Shown: positions 13,797 to 27,023, counted from the first letter of the stretch. The stretch is 64,000 nucleotides of DNA from Octopus vulgaris (GCA_951406725.2 OX597821.1:11656001-11720000), one strand, 5' to 3'. Notes: generated by a model not told the origin, from the sequence alone. Numbers and translations are program-made.

Positions 13797-13870
<74 letters not shown>

Positions 13871-14479
13871 TGTATATATGCATACATACATATACATACA
13901 TATATATGTAGAGTTAATCCAAACATGAAAACACAACGCGAGGACGCGGAACAAATATAGCATTATTGGACGCTCAGGAAAGAAGGAAAGAAGGAAGGTT
14001 TAACGTTTATGTATATATATATATATATATATCTTGACCTAACTGGCTAACTCGCGAAACAATTCCAAGCACATTTTGGCCAGCCGGTATAGCAACAGCT
14101 CACAGTCTGGTCCATTCTCTGATGTGCTCACCTACATACGAACATACATCTCTCTCTTTCTCTCTCTCTCTCGAACCAAGAAAGAAAGGTCAGACTTGGT
14201 TGAACATCGGTCACGTGGGGAGAGAAGAGAGAGATGTAGAGGCAGAGGGATAGAAGAATTAAGGAGGGGCAAGAAGAAAAGGTAAGGGCCAGAGAGAAGT
14301 GAAAGAGGAAGAAAAGTGAGCATGAAGAGAAAGCCAGGAAATGTGAGAGAGGGGGAACGAAAGAACGAAGAGTGGAATGAACGAAGTGTGAAAGGGCTGA
14401 TAGAAAGAAGGAAAGAATGAAATAATAGAAAGAATAATAGAGTCGTACAAAATTTAGATTTATATATATACTTACATAT

Positions 14480-14922
14480 AAGAGACCAAAGTGCATGTAC
14501 GCCACGATATTTTTATATATAAAAAATAAAAATATGGGACCAGAACCCAAAACATCCAGACTTCTAGGTGATACAAAAAATGAGACAAAACAAACAGACG
14601 TACGATACAAAGAAAACAAGGACGGGTCATTCGGTGTCTTCTTTCCTCTGTCGATTTCCAGATTATCTTTGCAATTTCTGCTGGTTATACTCGAGATTAC
14701 TCCAATCTCGTCAGCGCTAAGGAAAACTAAGCTAAGAGCATTAGATTCCTTGGAAGAAAGCAGCGAATGTATATGAAAACAAGGACGAAAAAAAACGGGG
14801 AAATGTCACACAAATACAAATGCAAATAACAGGACATAACAATAGGTGTCTTTCGACTATGGACGAATTAAATTAAGCTGGCGTGTGTGGAAGTAAAGCC
14901 TTACGGCAGGGACATAAGATTT

Positions 14923-14925
<3 letters not shown>
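14480..14925. repeat. Unclassified interspersed repeat in (TA)n
   Basis: Segment ~14537-14680 recurs inverted at 60843-60988. Confidence 0.6.
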
Positions 14926-14953
<28 letters not shown>

Positions 14954-15473
14954 TTTTTTTTACTTGTTTCAGACTATGCAGAATTTTATTGAAACGAATC
15001 GATCCCAGTCTTATGATTTTCTAAAGCCTTGAACTTATTTTATCGGTATCTTTTGCCTAACCGTTAAGTTACGGGGACGTAAACACACCAACAACGGTTC
15101 TCAAGCGGGTGCTATATGATAATCAAAACCACAAAAATACGCAGACATCCAAACATACACTCATAAACGACCAGCTTCTACGATAAGATATTAGCCCAAA
15201 GTGGGAAGCAAACACCTTACTATACATACTCACAGACATACATACATATATATGAATATGTGTGTGTGTGCGTGTGTGTATGTGTGTGTGTGTGTGTGTA
15301 TGTATGTGTGTGTGTGTGTGTGTGTGTAGGATTACTATATATGCCGTTGTGCGTTCAAAAATACATGCATACATATTTACGAACATACATTTGATGAATA
15401 GATAGATGGATGGATAGATAGACAGGCAGACAGACATACAGACAGACAAACATATAGATAGATAGATAGATAA

Positions 15474-16675
15474 GTTTCTTTATTGGCCACACAGGGCTGC
15501 ACACAGATGGGACAAGTTACAAGGTAGAGCTTTTCTTTTGGGGGATGAAAAAAACAAAAAACAAAAGAAACAAAAAAGGGGTGGCGTAGGTTTTCGATCA
15601 AGAGGGATCGTAAAAGGGAAGAAAAGAACAAAAAAGATATTAAAAAAAAATAAAAATATAAAAAATAAAAATAAAAATAAGAAGAGGAAAAGGGACAAAA
15701 GAAAGGAGAAATGAAAAAAGAAGAAAAAGGGGAAAAAAGGGGAAGAGGAAAAAAAAAAACGATCAATAGGGATCGTGTATCACAGTGTTATGATATATGG
15801 TGTAAAGGGGAAAGCAAGTAAGGTTTATCCGTGGGAAGAAAAGCCTACGAAAAAGACCACAGTAACCTTGGTCAATATTGTTTTATGTTACCACATTTGT
15901 TTGCAAGTGGGTAACCCTCTGTTTTCAATTTCTGGGTTCATAGGATTATGCTCAAGGTGGCTTCGTCATTCATACGTGCCATTCTTGCTACATTCACCCA
16001 TCTTTTTTTAAAACATTCGCTAGACAAAACTTGCCTCTCTACTCTCACTTTCCTTTTCAAGTGGTACTTGAAGACGTTGATGAGAGATTGACCAGAGAGG
16101 AAAGTGTTTGTCTCCAATCCTTTCAGACGCGTCCACCAGATACATTCTTTCGCCATAGCCACAAGGATGATGAAAATAGCTCTTCCTTCCCGTTTGAAGG
16201 AAGGAGGCGTGACAATATTAGCGATAGACTCAGCTGATAAACCGACTCGTCCCACACGTGACAGCAGTTGTTCGACATAAGCCCACAGGTCGGAAATTGT
16301 TGGACACTGCACGAGTGCGTGCAGAACGGTTTCGTCGCTCTGACCACATCTCGGGCAGGTCGGCCCCGTGTTTCTCGAGCCGTGTCTGTAGAGCTTATCC
16401 CGAACGGGTTGCGCTTCTCGGTAGCACTGCCAGGTCAGGGATCTCTGGAAGTTGTCCATGGGCCCTGGTCCGAAAGTCGTCCTGAACAGGCGGGTCAGGT
16501 ACTCCTCGTCAACATCCAGGTTCGCCCCGAGCTCGTCGTCGTACCTCTCCTCCACTAATCCCCTATAGAATGCTTTGGTTGTGTTGAAGTCACTCAAGGT
16601 CGACCCAGGACGGCGGAGTTGCTTGAGAGCAACACGACACTCGCGGTGCCATTCGCCCTTCCTCGGCCTCTTTTT

Positions 16676-16676
<1 letters not shown>
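15474..16676 (-). mobile_element. 5'-truncated Tx1/L1-like LINE inserted in (GATA)n
   Basis: ORF2 C-terminus with zf-RVT (TCPRCGQSDETVLHALVQC), stop at 15938, ~460-bp 3' UTR ending near AATAAA. (GATA)n on both sides. Confidence 0.88.
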
Positions 16677-16740
<64 letters not shown>

Positions 16741-17349
16741 AAGTCAATAAATCATTCGGCAAGCCATCCAAGCACCTACAATAAATACCAGTAAAGTAAT
16801 AAGTTTGAGTTACTCAGTTATTACTCCTTCATCTCCCCTTCCACTTCCTGCCTCTTTCATCCACAACTCCTTCTTTCCTCTGTACATGAAGGGGAAGTGG
16901 GATCAAATATTGCCGGTGTATATAGAAACAGAGGCATATATCATTCTAGGCAAAGTGATACATCACACACAGCCACTCCCTAAAAGTCTCAAATAGGTGG
17001 CAAGCAGCCTAAGTGACTGAATTATTTCAAAATAGCGTTGGAAACAATGGAGCTATTAGCGACAAACAATCAACAGTGACAGCAGCAACGCCAATGGCAG
17101 CAGCACTAACGCTCACACCGGTGTTTCGATGTCATCGCCCCCACTCCTGTCACTCTTGATCCATATTTACATTATCGTTCACTGTCAGTAATACTATCAT
17201 AGTCATAAACAACATAACCAGGCAATAGAGAAGAGGGAATGGTGATGTAGTTGAATTTGGTTTTCGCTGATTAGTGCAAGGTTCTTCATCTTTTACACTT
17301 CTGTACATTACTGACACTGACATACGAACGCGCGCAAGCACGCATACAT

Positions 17350-17663
17350 GTATTCTGATGTGGCTGCGTGGTAAGATGCTTGCTGCTCAACCACATGGTT
17401 ACGACTTCAGTCTCGCTACCTGGTACCTTGGGCAATTGTCTTCTACTATAGCCCTGGCCCGACGAAATAACGTGAGCGGAATTGAGAGACAGAAACTAGA
17501 AGATATATATATATCTTCTAGTATATATATATATATATATCTTCTAGATATATATATATATCTAGTATATATATATATATCTTCTAGATATATATATATC
17601 TTCTTGTATATATATATATATATATATACATACATACATACAATACATACATACATACATACA

Positions 17664-17699
<36 letters not shown>

Positions 17700-18110
17700 T
17701 ATATACATATATACAACGGGCTTCTTTCAGTTTCCGTCTACCAATTCCACTCACAAGGCTTTGGTCGGCCCGAGTCTATAGTAGAAGACATTTGCCCAAG
17801 GTGCCACGCAGTGGGACAGAACCCGGAACCATGTGGTTGGTATATATATATATATATATATACATATTGGTGTATGTGTGTGTGTGTGTGTGTTTCGGTG
17901 TGTCTGTCTCTATCTTTATTCCCCACCACTGGTTGACAACCGGTATTACTTTTATTTCGTTCACGTCCTCATAAATAGCGGTTCGACAAAAGGAGACCAA
18001 AAGAATAATTAACAAGATTTAAAAAGAGTACTGGGGCCAATTTGTTTGACAAAAATCTTCAAGGCAGTTCCCCAATACGTCTACAGTTCAATAAATGAAA
18101 CAATTAAAAG
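17350..18110 (+). mobile_element. SINE family A copy with a nested inverted SINE A head (17711-17841)
   Basis: Order is head (+), microsatellite, head fragment (-), microsatellite, tail (+). Confidence 0.7.
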
Positions 18111-18990
18111 GACATGTGTGTGTGTGTGTGTGTGTATCTTACGTCATTATAATGTCATCAAACTTCAAAATTCCCATATATATTGTCACTAGAATTACCT
18201 CCCTCTTGTCACAATGTCAACTATGGCGCCATCTTCAGCCACGGTGTCATTATTGAACTTTGAAAGGGATTCATTAAACGGTCGATCTACCCGCAGGAAG
18301 TAGCAATCAAATTTTACACAAATTACATCATACAGTTTCTGGAAATAGAAGGAATGTCGTTCTACCTATACAATATTCGAGAGATGGACGTCGTGGTCAT
18401 GGTTAGCATCCCTTTGATCAAAGATCTGCTCAGTCTGGCCCCACCAAGGGTTCAAAAATGACAACGATAACCAGGCATTTCTTCCCCCTCCCCTTCCCCT
18501 CTTCATGCTCCTCCTCCTCCTCCTCATCATCATCATCATCATTACCGTCGTAATCGTCGTAATCGTTATTATTATCATTATTAATCAACGTCATCATTAT
18601 GCTCATTATCATCATTAACATTAATATGTTTGTTGTCATTGTCATGGTTGTCGTCAACACATCGTCATCGTCATCATCATCATCATCAGCATGATCATAA
18701 TGATGATCATGATGATCACCGTAATCACTACCACCACAACCTCCACCGCCATCTTTAACACACTGCTGCAACCAGCACCATAGTTACAACCAATCATCAG
18801 AACACTTCTCACATTCATGACATACTCCATTACTATTAAACACATCCAAGTCTCCATAGCAACATTAGTAACAGCAACAGCAGCAGCAGCAGTAGCAGCA
18901 GCAGAAACAGCAACGTCAACAACAACCACAAAAGCAGCATCAACAATAACTACAATGTCAGCAACAATCACTCCACGAATGACATTAGTA

Positions 18991-19560
18991 TTGGGTTGTC
19001 CGGAAAGTTCGTGCCGATTTTTAAAGGCAAGAAAAAGGTCAATAAATACTTGCCAATACATTTTTAATCAACCAAATATGAACCATTTTGCTGCAAAATG
19101 CGTCTCCATCTTTCCTTTACCTTGAAAATACTCTCTTCCCAGAATTGAGGTGGCTTCTGGCAAAGAATTCATCAAGGTATCTTTTTAATGTCATCCAAGG
19201 AAGGAATTGAAATTTTTACCATTAAGACTATTCTGCAGAGACCTGAATAAGTGGAAATCCGAAGGAGCAATATCTGGTGAATTTAGAAGGTGAGGTAACA
19301 CATCCCAGCCGAGCTGCAGCAATTTTTGTCTGGTTCCCAAAGCTTCAAGTGCCAAAGATAAACTTTCTTATCTTCCATTTTAAAGGGTAACAGAATTAAC
19401 ACAGGTTATAGGAACATAAACCTTCTTCCATGAAAATATAGCTTAAACTGTGCTCTAAATGGAGGTGTAGTCAAATCCTATTTTATGGACTCAACCATGT
19501 TCTAAAATAAGTCGAAAGGTAAGCAACTATAAATCGGCACGAACTTTCTGGACAACCCAA
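18991..19560 (-). mobile_element. Internally deleted mariner element with both TIRs
   Basis: 30-bp TIR ttgggttgtccggaaagttcgtgccgattt / aaatcggcacgaactttctggacaacccaa with TA TSD. Remnant WDVLPHLLNSPDIAPSDFHLFRSLQNSLNGKNF. Confidence 0.92.
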
Positions 19561-19772
19561 TAGTAACAATGAACAAATCAATATAAAAAACAACAACAAT
19601 AGCAGCTACAACAAATATAACTTCACCAGAAGCAAGAGTGGCAATATACGCGCTATGTAGAACACTAACAACAATTACTACATCCATATCAACAACGACT
19701 GCAATAACAACAACAGCAACACAACAATTACAGCATTAACAATATGTTATATATATAATTTGCTTCTACAAG

Positions 19773-20940
19773 ACGGAGAACTGGCAGAATCGTTTCCACG
19801 CTGAGCAAAAGGCTTTTCGGTATTTCGTCTGCCGCAACGTTCTGAGTTGAAATTCCTCCGAGGTCGACTTTGCCTTTCATCCTTTCGGGGTCGATTAAAT
19901 AAGTACCAGTTACGCCCTGGGTTCGATATAATCCACTTAATCCGTGTGTCTGTCCTTGTTTGTCCTCTCTGTGTTTAGCCCCTTGTGGGTAGTAAAGAAA
20001 TAGGTATTTCTTCTGCCGTTACGTTCTGAGTTCAAATTCCGTCGAGGTCGACTTTGCTTTTCATCTTTTTGAGGTCGATTAACTAAGTACTAGTTACGCA
20101 CTGGGGTCAATGTAATCGACTTAATCCGTTTGTCTGTCCTTGCTTGTCTTCTCTGTGTTTAGCCCCTTGTAGGTAGTAAAGAAATAGGTATTTCACTTGT
20201 CTTTAACGTTCTGAGTTCAAATTCCGTCTAAGTCGACTTTGCCTTTCATTCTTTCGGGGACGATAAATTATGTACCAGTTGCGTACTATGATCGATCTAA
20301 TCAACTGGCCCCCTCCCCCTAAATTTCGGGCCTTGTGCCCGCCTAGAGTAGAGAAGAATCGTTTGTACGCCGGACAAAATGCTTAGCAGTGTTTCGTCCG
20401 TTTCTACATTCTGAGTTCAAATGCCACCGAGGTCAACTTGGATTTACTTTCTTTCGGAAGGGATAAAATATGAACCTGCTGAGTTGGGGGTCAACGTAAT
20501 CGACATTTCCGCTCACCAGAATTTTCAGACCGTGTACCTAAATTTGAAACCGCTATAATTTTCTACTGCAGGTACAAGGACAAAAATTTTGGGGGACGAG
20601 CTAGTTGATTACATCGATTCCAGTACTTAAATATTACTTACTTTACCAACACCGAAAAATCGAAAATGCCACCGAGCATTTTGCCCAGCGTGCTAAAAAT
20701 TCTGCTAGCTTGCTGCCTTAGCATATAATATAATTTCAAATTTTAGCTCAAGGCCAGCAATTTCGGGGGAGGAGTAAGTCAATTTGATCGACATTAGTGC
20801 TCAGCTGCTATTTATTTTATCGACCATGATGAAAAGCAAATTCAACTTCGGCGGAATTTCAACTCAGAACGATAAGACATGAAATATTGTTAACCATTTT
20901 ACTCAGCACGGCATCTGTTCTGTTTGCTCGTCGTCTTTTT
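19773..20940. mobile_element. Cluster/tandem array of SINE family B (Meta/MESC-like core)
   Basis: Four + units of gttctgagttcaaattcc..gaggtcgactttgcctttcatcctttcggggtcgat..aagtaccag at ~180-bp period, then two degenerate - copies. Confidence 0.85.
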
Positions 20941-20944
20941 AGCA

Positions 20945-21160
20945 TACTCTCTTTTACTCTTTTACTTGTTTCAGTCATTTGACTGCGGCCATGCTGGAGC
21001 ATCGCCTTTAGTCGAGCAAATCGACCCCGGGACTTATTCTTTTTGTAAGCCCAGTACTTATTCTATCGGTCTCTTTTGCCGAACCGCTAAGTGACGGGGA
21101 CGTAAACACACCAGCATCGGTTGTCAAGCAATGCTAGGGGGACAAACACAAACATACACG

Positions 21161-21210
<50 letters not shown>

Positions 21211-21374
21211 TACGACAGGCTTCTTTCAGTTTCCGTCTACCAAATCCACTCACAAGGCTTTGGTCGGCCCGAGGCTATAGTAGAAGACACTTGCCCAAGG
21301 TGCTACGCAGTGGGACTGAACCCAGAACCATGCGGTTGGTAAACAAGCTACTTACCACACAGCCACTCCTGCAC
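20945..21374 (-). mobile_element. SINE family A, full length
   Basis: Reverse complement of 5631-6030. Confidence 0.9.
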
Positions 21375-22561
21375 TATGTAAAATTTGAAAAACAACAACA
21401 CCGACAGTACAATCAATTGTAGTAACAATAATAATAACAACTTCAATATTAGATCACTTGACTTGCAAGAAATGACTGCTAAATCTATATCAAATCACAT
21501 CCAAATCTTTAGACGAAATGAAGAGAAAATGCAAATATGAATGGAGTTATTTTGGATATTCAAAAATTGACAGAAACGACCAGACGATTATGAATGTTTG
21601 ATGATGGGTCGTTTCGATCAAAGATGGGCAGGGGTTAAACACCAACAAAATATCAATAAGAGCAATGAAAGCAACAACTGTGTTTGTAGAGGCAACAATA
21701 AATTTATGTACACAATATAAAATTTACCACCACCAACACCACCACCACTAACAACAACAACAACAACAACAAAAACAACAATAACAGCAACAGCAGCAGC
21801 AGCAGCAACAACAAAAAACAACAATAACAGCAACAGCAGCAGCAGCAGCAGCAACAACAACAAATATAACAACAGAAATTGAAACTAGAGAAGAAACAGA
21901 TGCTAAAGCCTATGAAGGAGTATCTTCGTACTCTTTTAATATGCTAGAAATGGTAGCCAAGTCTTCCACATATCAAACCATTGAACCATCGTTAGAAAAA
22001 GGGCAATGCATATTGGATAATGTGTCGAAGATACACTAAGTGAAAAGAAGAGGAAAGACGATATGGTCTCGGTTGGATTACGATCGATCTGCCTTATGGA
22101 TAAACAACAAAAGGAACAACAATTGTCGTAGCAACGGCAGCAGCAGCAGCAGCAGCAGCAGCAGCGTCAGAAGCAGCATTCGCAAAAGTGACAATAGTAC
22201 AAACCAAAAATTGTGGCTTTCGTTTCTAGTTAATGTCTGCTATGGTAACAGTAATCCATCGATCACTTTTAAAAGTGCACAAGTGGGGGATTGGTGGGAA
22301 GTCATGATGCCGGAAGAGAGAGAGGGAGGAGATAGAGATACAGAAAGAGTACAAGAGAGAGACAAAGAGTGATAGAGACGGAGAGATGTGAGAGAAGCAG
22401 GACGAGATATGAAAGAGAAAGGGTGAGAAAAGAATAAGAGGAACGGTGATAGTGACAAAGAGTGACAGAAATATAAGAACAGGTAGATGAAAGAATGAAG
22501 AAAGCAAAAGAAAAACCTGGAAGGACGTGACTAACAAATAAGAATGGGGAAAGTGTTATGC

Positions 22562-22601
<40 letters not shown>

Positions 22602-22705
22602 AATAATAAGGGTCAAACATTGAATATTAATTTGACTAGTATCAATTTAAAACCAGTTGCCTAGCATATTAAAATCTGGTAGTACAGCAAAGTATATTAC
22701 ATACA

Positions 22706-22916
22706 TATAAGAAGGATGACCACTACGTGGACAACCTTTTGCTAGAGGTAGATCAGCTATGGTATTACCACTAAGAAAGGAATGTTCCCAAGAAAATTTA
22801 GCAAACGTTATGGCTTTTGCTAAATTTTCTTGACAACATTCCTTTCTTAGTGGTATGACCATAGCAGATCTACTTCTAGCATAAGGATTGTCCACGTAGT
22901 GGTCATCCGACTTATA
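22706..22916. repeat. ~210-bp near-perfect palindrome (fold-back)
   Basis: ggatgaccactacgtggacaa...aatttagcaaa, ~10-nt loop, tttgctaaatt...ttgtccacgtagtggtcatcc. Confidence 0.9.
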
Positions 22917-22981
22917 TATATGAATGTACGCATGTATGTATGTATGTATGTATATTTATCTATATATATCTATATATCTAT

Positions 22982-23340
22982 ATAATGTAAAGTATAAAAG
23001 CCATCTCAATATGGCTAACCACAAGGGGGGGATGTTACTGTAGCTTTTTAGCCCCAGGAGATCATCGTCTCCAGCTGGCTTTAGACACACTTTCTGTGCC
23101 CTTATGGTATTTGCAAAGGGAGACCATCCCTTTCTCGTAAGCCTGAGTGGTACGCACCTGACCGGTTTCGAGATTATTGTCTCTAATCAACGGGCGGAGC
23201 CAGCTGGAGACAATGATCTCCTTGGGCTAAAAAGCTACAGTATCACCTCCCCTTTGTGGTTAGCCATATTGAGATGGCTTTTATACTTTACATTATCGAG
23301 CGATTACTGTTTACATCTCGTTCTGAGATTTAATAATGCT
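22982..23340. repeat. Fold-back element with 99-bp inverted arms and an HHR-like spacer
   Basis: 22982-23080 is the reverse complement of 23198-23296. The spacer minus strand reads TTGATTA-gaga(caataa)tctc-GAAA-ccgg-TC. Confidence 0.85.
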
Positions 23341-23353
23341 ATCTATATATCTA

Positions 23354-23432
<79 letters not shown>

Positions 23433-23533
23433 ATATGTATATACGTAATTGTCGAACGATGAAAATGAGTGTTCAACACCACATTGGTGGATATTATTTC
23501 TTTATTTTGTGAAAACCAATGGTAGCCTTAATT

Positions 23534-23582
<49 letters not shown>

Positions 23583-24226
23583 GATCGAAGAAATAGGGAA
23601 AACAATATAGAGGGCAAATTAGAGGCAAAACAGGATTAAGATTTTGTCGATAACTCATTGAACAACAGCAGTGACAACAATCATAATTAATTCATTCGTA
23701 TAATCAGCTTTTAGGAAATTCGAGTAAACAACAAGAAAAACCCAACGATCAGTCTTAAATGGTGATTGTTCATGATAATAAAAAGCAGCCAAATCTTCAA
23801 ATCACATTCTACCATCTTAGAAAATGATATAAAATAGAGGAGTGGATGGAGTAATCGTCTTTATTTTCACGCCCACTTTCATAGATTGAATGGACTCTTA
23901 CTAACACAAAGTTAAATAATTTATTTCATCATCATCTTTCTTTATCTCATTTTTTTTTTGTTGATATCTTTGCATATCTTTCCTTACCTGCTGTCATCTA
24001 AACGCATTAGATGTCACAATTAAAGCAACCTGTCTCTTGCATATCACATGTGATCCTTCTTATAGCTAGTTTCTTTATTATCTAAGCTAATCGGTATCAC
24101 ACCGCATATGATTGTTAATATTACACATATCGATATAAGTGATGCATGCTTGCTTAATTTCTCACCCAACTTTGCATGTCATCTGCATTCGGTGCTAACG
24201 TTTCATCGAGCAGAGAAAATGCATTC

Positions 24227-24300
<74 letters not shown>

Positions 24301-24301
24301 A

Positions 24302-24350
<49 letters not shown>

Positions 24351-24354
<4 letters not shown>

Positions 24355-24842
24355 TGTCAAAGGGAAATGGAATTTAATTAAAATTAAAACATTCAATCAA
24401 AAGTGGTCTAACATGCAGAAACACGCTAGAAAGAACAGCTAGGTTCTGTAAAGCACAAAAATAACGGATAAAATTCGACAGGAATAAATTTGGAAATGAA
24501 AAACATTTACCATCTAGTCCCTGGACCAATTGGTTTCTGATCATCTGTTAGTGAGTCAAGGAGAACTCACAAGGTCTGATTTTCTTCAGCAAGGTCCAAT
24601 ATAAAGTTGTATACATCCAATAGAAGACAAACATGGCTACTTGTCTCGTGTTTATACGAACTAACTATTCAAATTTTTCTGCGCAGACGCAGTCCTTCGC
24701 TGGCTACAATGAAAAATCGCCAACTTTTAACCGAAAATTATCCAAAAACTTACAGTATTTAATCATGTCAAAGGGAAATGGAATTTAATTAAAATCAAAA
24801 CATTCAGTCAAAATTTACATTTCCAGTGGTCTAACGTGCAAA
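24351..24842 (-). mobile_element. Retrozyme-like element 2: 411-nt tandem unit (~1.2 copies) adjacent to (TA)n
   Basis: atcatgtcaaagggaaatggaatttaatt at 24351 and 24762. Contains an HHR. Confidence 0.8.
24519..24594 (-). ncRNA. Type I hammerhead ribozyme with extended helix II
   Basis: Reverse complement ccttg-CTGAAGA-aaatca..gtgagt(tctccttg)actcac..tgatca-GAAA-ccaattgg-TC-caggg. GUC triplet and palindromic helix III. The base of helix II is imperfect. Confidence 0.75.
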
Positions 24843-24959
24843 AAAAAAATTATTCAAGAAGACTATATATTACTCAAACGACATAGTGTATATTTAAACA
24901 CTTCACTCTCTATTTCATATCTTATCTAGAATAACTATTGATCAACCATTTTCTCACAC

Positions 24960-25009
24960 GGTCTCCGGTGAAGGGATATATAAAATATCCCGGAAACAGC
25001 TGTAAGACC
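24960..25009 (+). ncRNA. Hammerhead-like motif with variant core (CCGGUGA)
   Basis: ggtct-CCGGTGA-a-gggatat(ataaa)atatccc-g-GAAA-cagctg-TA-agacc. Helices are perfect, with two core substitutions. Confidence 0.65.
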
Positions 25010-25442
25010 TATTTATAAATGTTCTGAAATCTTTCACAGCCCTGGATTTTAATCTCATTCTGTTTATATATATATATATATCTACATGCACATGTATATA
25101 TGTGCGTGTGTGTGTGCATGTATGTGTCTGTGTATGTCTGTGTGTGTGTGCTTGTATATATTGAGCAGATATGTGGAGACATGACAAAAGCAATTTTTCG
25201 ATCTTGAGAGAATATGGTTACTTTTTACAACTTTGGATTATGCGAAATCGCATATTTGTTAACAATTTTCTGAATAAATGAATGAGTATATTTTAAATAA
25301 TCATGCAGTTGCTCTCATCATACATAGAAACTCTGTGTTTAAACCACCATGACACCTCTAGAACTTGGAAAATAAATTAATTAGTTTCACATAATTAGTT
25401 TATTGCGTTCTTAAAGAATATCCACGTTAAGCAAGATATATA

Positions 25443-25673
25443 TATTTCTTTACTACCCACAAGGGGCTAAACACAGAGGAGACAAACAAGGACAGACAAA
25501 CGGATTGAATCGATTATATCGACCCCAGTGCGTAACTGGTACTTATTTAATCGACCTCGAAAGGATGAAAGGCAAAGTCGACCTCGACGGAATTTGAACT
25601 CAGAACGTAACGGCAGACGAAATACGGCTAAGCATTTCGCTCGGCGTGCTAACGATTCTGCCAGTTCAGCGCC
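25443..25673 (-). mobile_element. SINE family B, full length
   Basis: Reverse complement of the 19773-20003 unit. Confidence 0.88.
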
Positions 25674-25718
25674 GTATGAGCAAAATATATAGACTTCTCT
25701 CACTACCTCTCTCTTTAC

Positions 25719-25761
<43 letters not shown>

Positions 25762-26547
25762 TGACTAAAAGTATTAGAACAAACTCAGCAGTAGAATAAT
25801 TTATTAATTCCAACAGCATTTGCAGGTGCGCACTACTCGATAACATTTGCTAATACGATTAACATGGAAATATTTTCTTATTATGTAAGACTACAGACCC
25901 ATTTATAAGAAAATGAATGACATTTTTTAAAAAATGTTCCTGGTTACATTGCCATATATATTGTTCGATAGTAAATTAGTTATTTGAGAAATGTGTAGTA
26001 AATAATGAAGGCTTGCCAGTTCAAAATTTTAATTCTGGGAGAACAGAATGCTGAATATAATGTGAAAGAGAGAATACTCATTTAGTAACAAAGAAAATAT
26101 GTTAATTCATGGACAGCTTAAGAAAGGCTCAGGGGAACTCAAGACGGATGGATCTTAGAAATTGTTATACTTTAAGGGATTTCAGCTTGGGAATAATAAG
26201 CGGGCTGGATCCTTCCTAAAATTAATTATTCAGTATCATCTCTGTTAAAAGGTAATCCGCCATGGAGTAGATTAACAAACGTTATCTTTATTGAAGAGAA
26301 TTTATAGCATAAAGCAGAATAGACGTTTTGTCAGAAGATGCTTCTATTGCTGACTGATCGATCCGTTTCACGAATACTGTACCTACGGCATAGTAGTTAG
26401 ACACCAGGTAACTTTCCATCCAGGCGTTTGTACACCAACCTGCTTGTTTGTTTTCGATGTTCGTTTGTGGATAGTAAAAGGGGTAGGCAAACGGATGTAT
26501 CAGTAAACACTGTCGATACATGAACGTCGAAATTCATAAAATTTCTC

Positions 26548-26749
26548 TACTCTTTTACTTGTTTCAGTCATTTGACTGCGGCCACGCTGGAGCACCGCCT
26601 TTAGTCGAGCAAATCAACCGCAGGACTTACTCTTTGTAAGTCTAGTACTTATTCTATCGGTCTCTTTTGCCAAACCGTTAAGTTACGAGGACGTAAACAC
26701 ACCACCATCGGTTGTCAAGCGATGCTGGGGGAAAAACACAGACACACAA

Positions 26750-26848
<99 letters not shown>

Positions 26849-27014
26849 TACGACGGGCTTCTTTCAGTTTCCGTCTACCAGATCCACTCAGAAGGCTTTG
26901 GTTGGCCCGAGGCTATAGTAGAAGACACTAGCCCAAGGTGCCACGCAGTGGAACTGAACCCGGAACCATGTGGTTGGTAAGCGAGCTACTAACCACACAG
27001 CCACTCCTGCGCCT
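26548..27014 (-). mobile_element. SINE family A, full length
   Basis: Reverse complement of 5631-6030. Confidence 0.9.
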
Positions 27015-27023
27015 AAAAATGAT

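Larger units (their letters stand above)
12560..13804 (+). mobile_element. 5'-truncated Penelope-like element with ~360-bp inverted terminal repeats, in (TA)n
   Basis: 12560-12924 is the reverse complement of 13452-13804. The arms enclose a GIY-YIG coding segment and each carries an HHR variant. Confidence 0.9.

Noticed and set aside
14665-14720. Minus-strand CTGACGA...GAAA
   Set aside because: Helices and cleavage triplet do not assemble.
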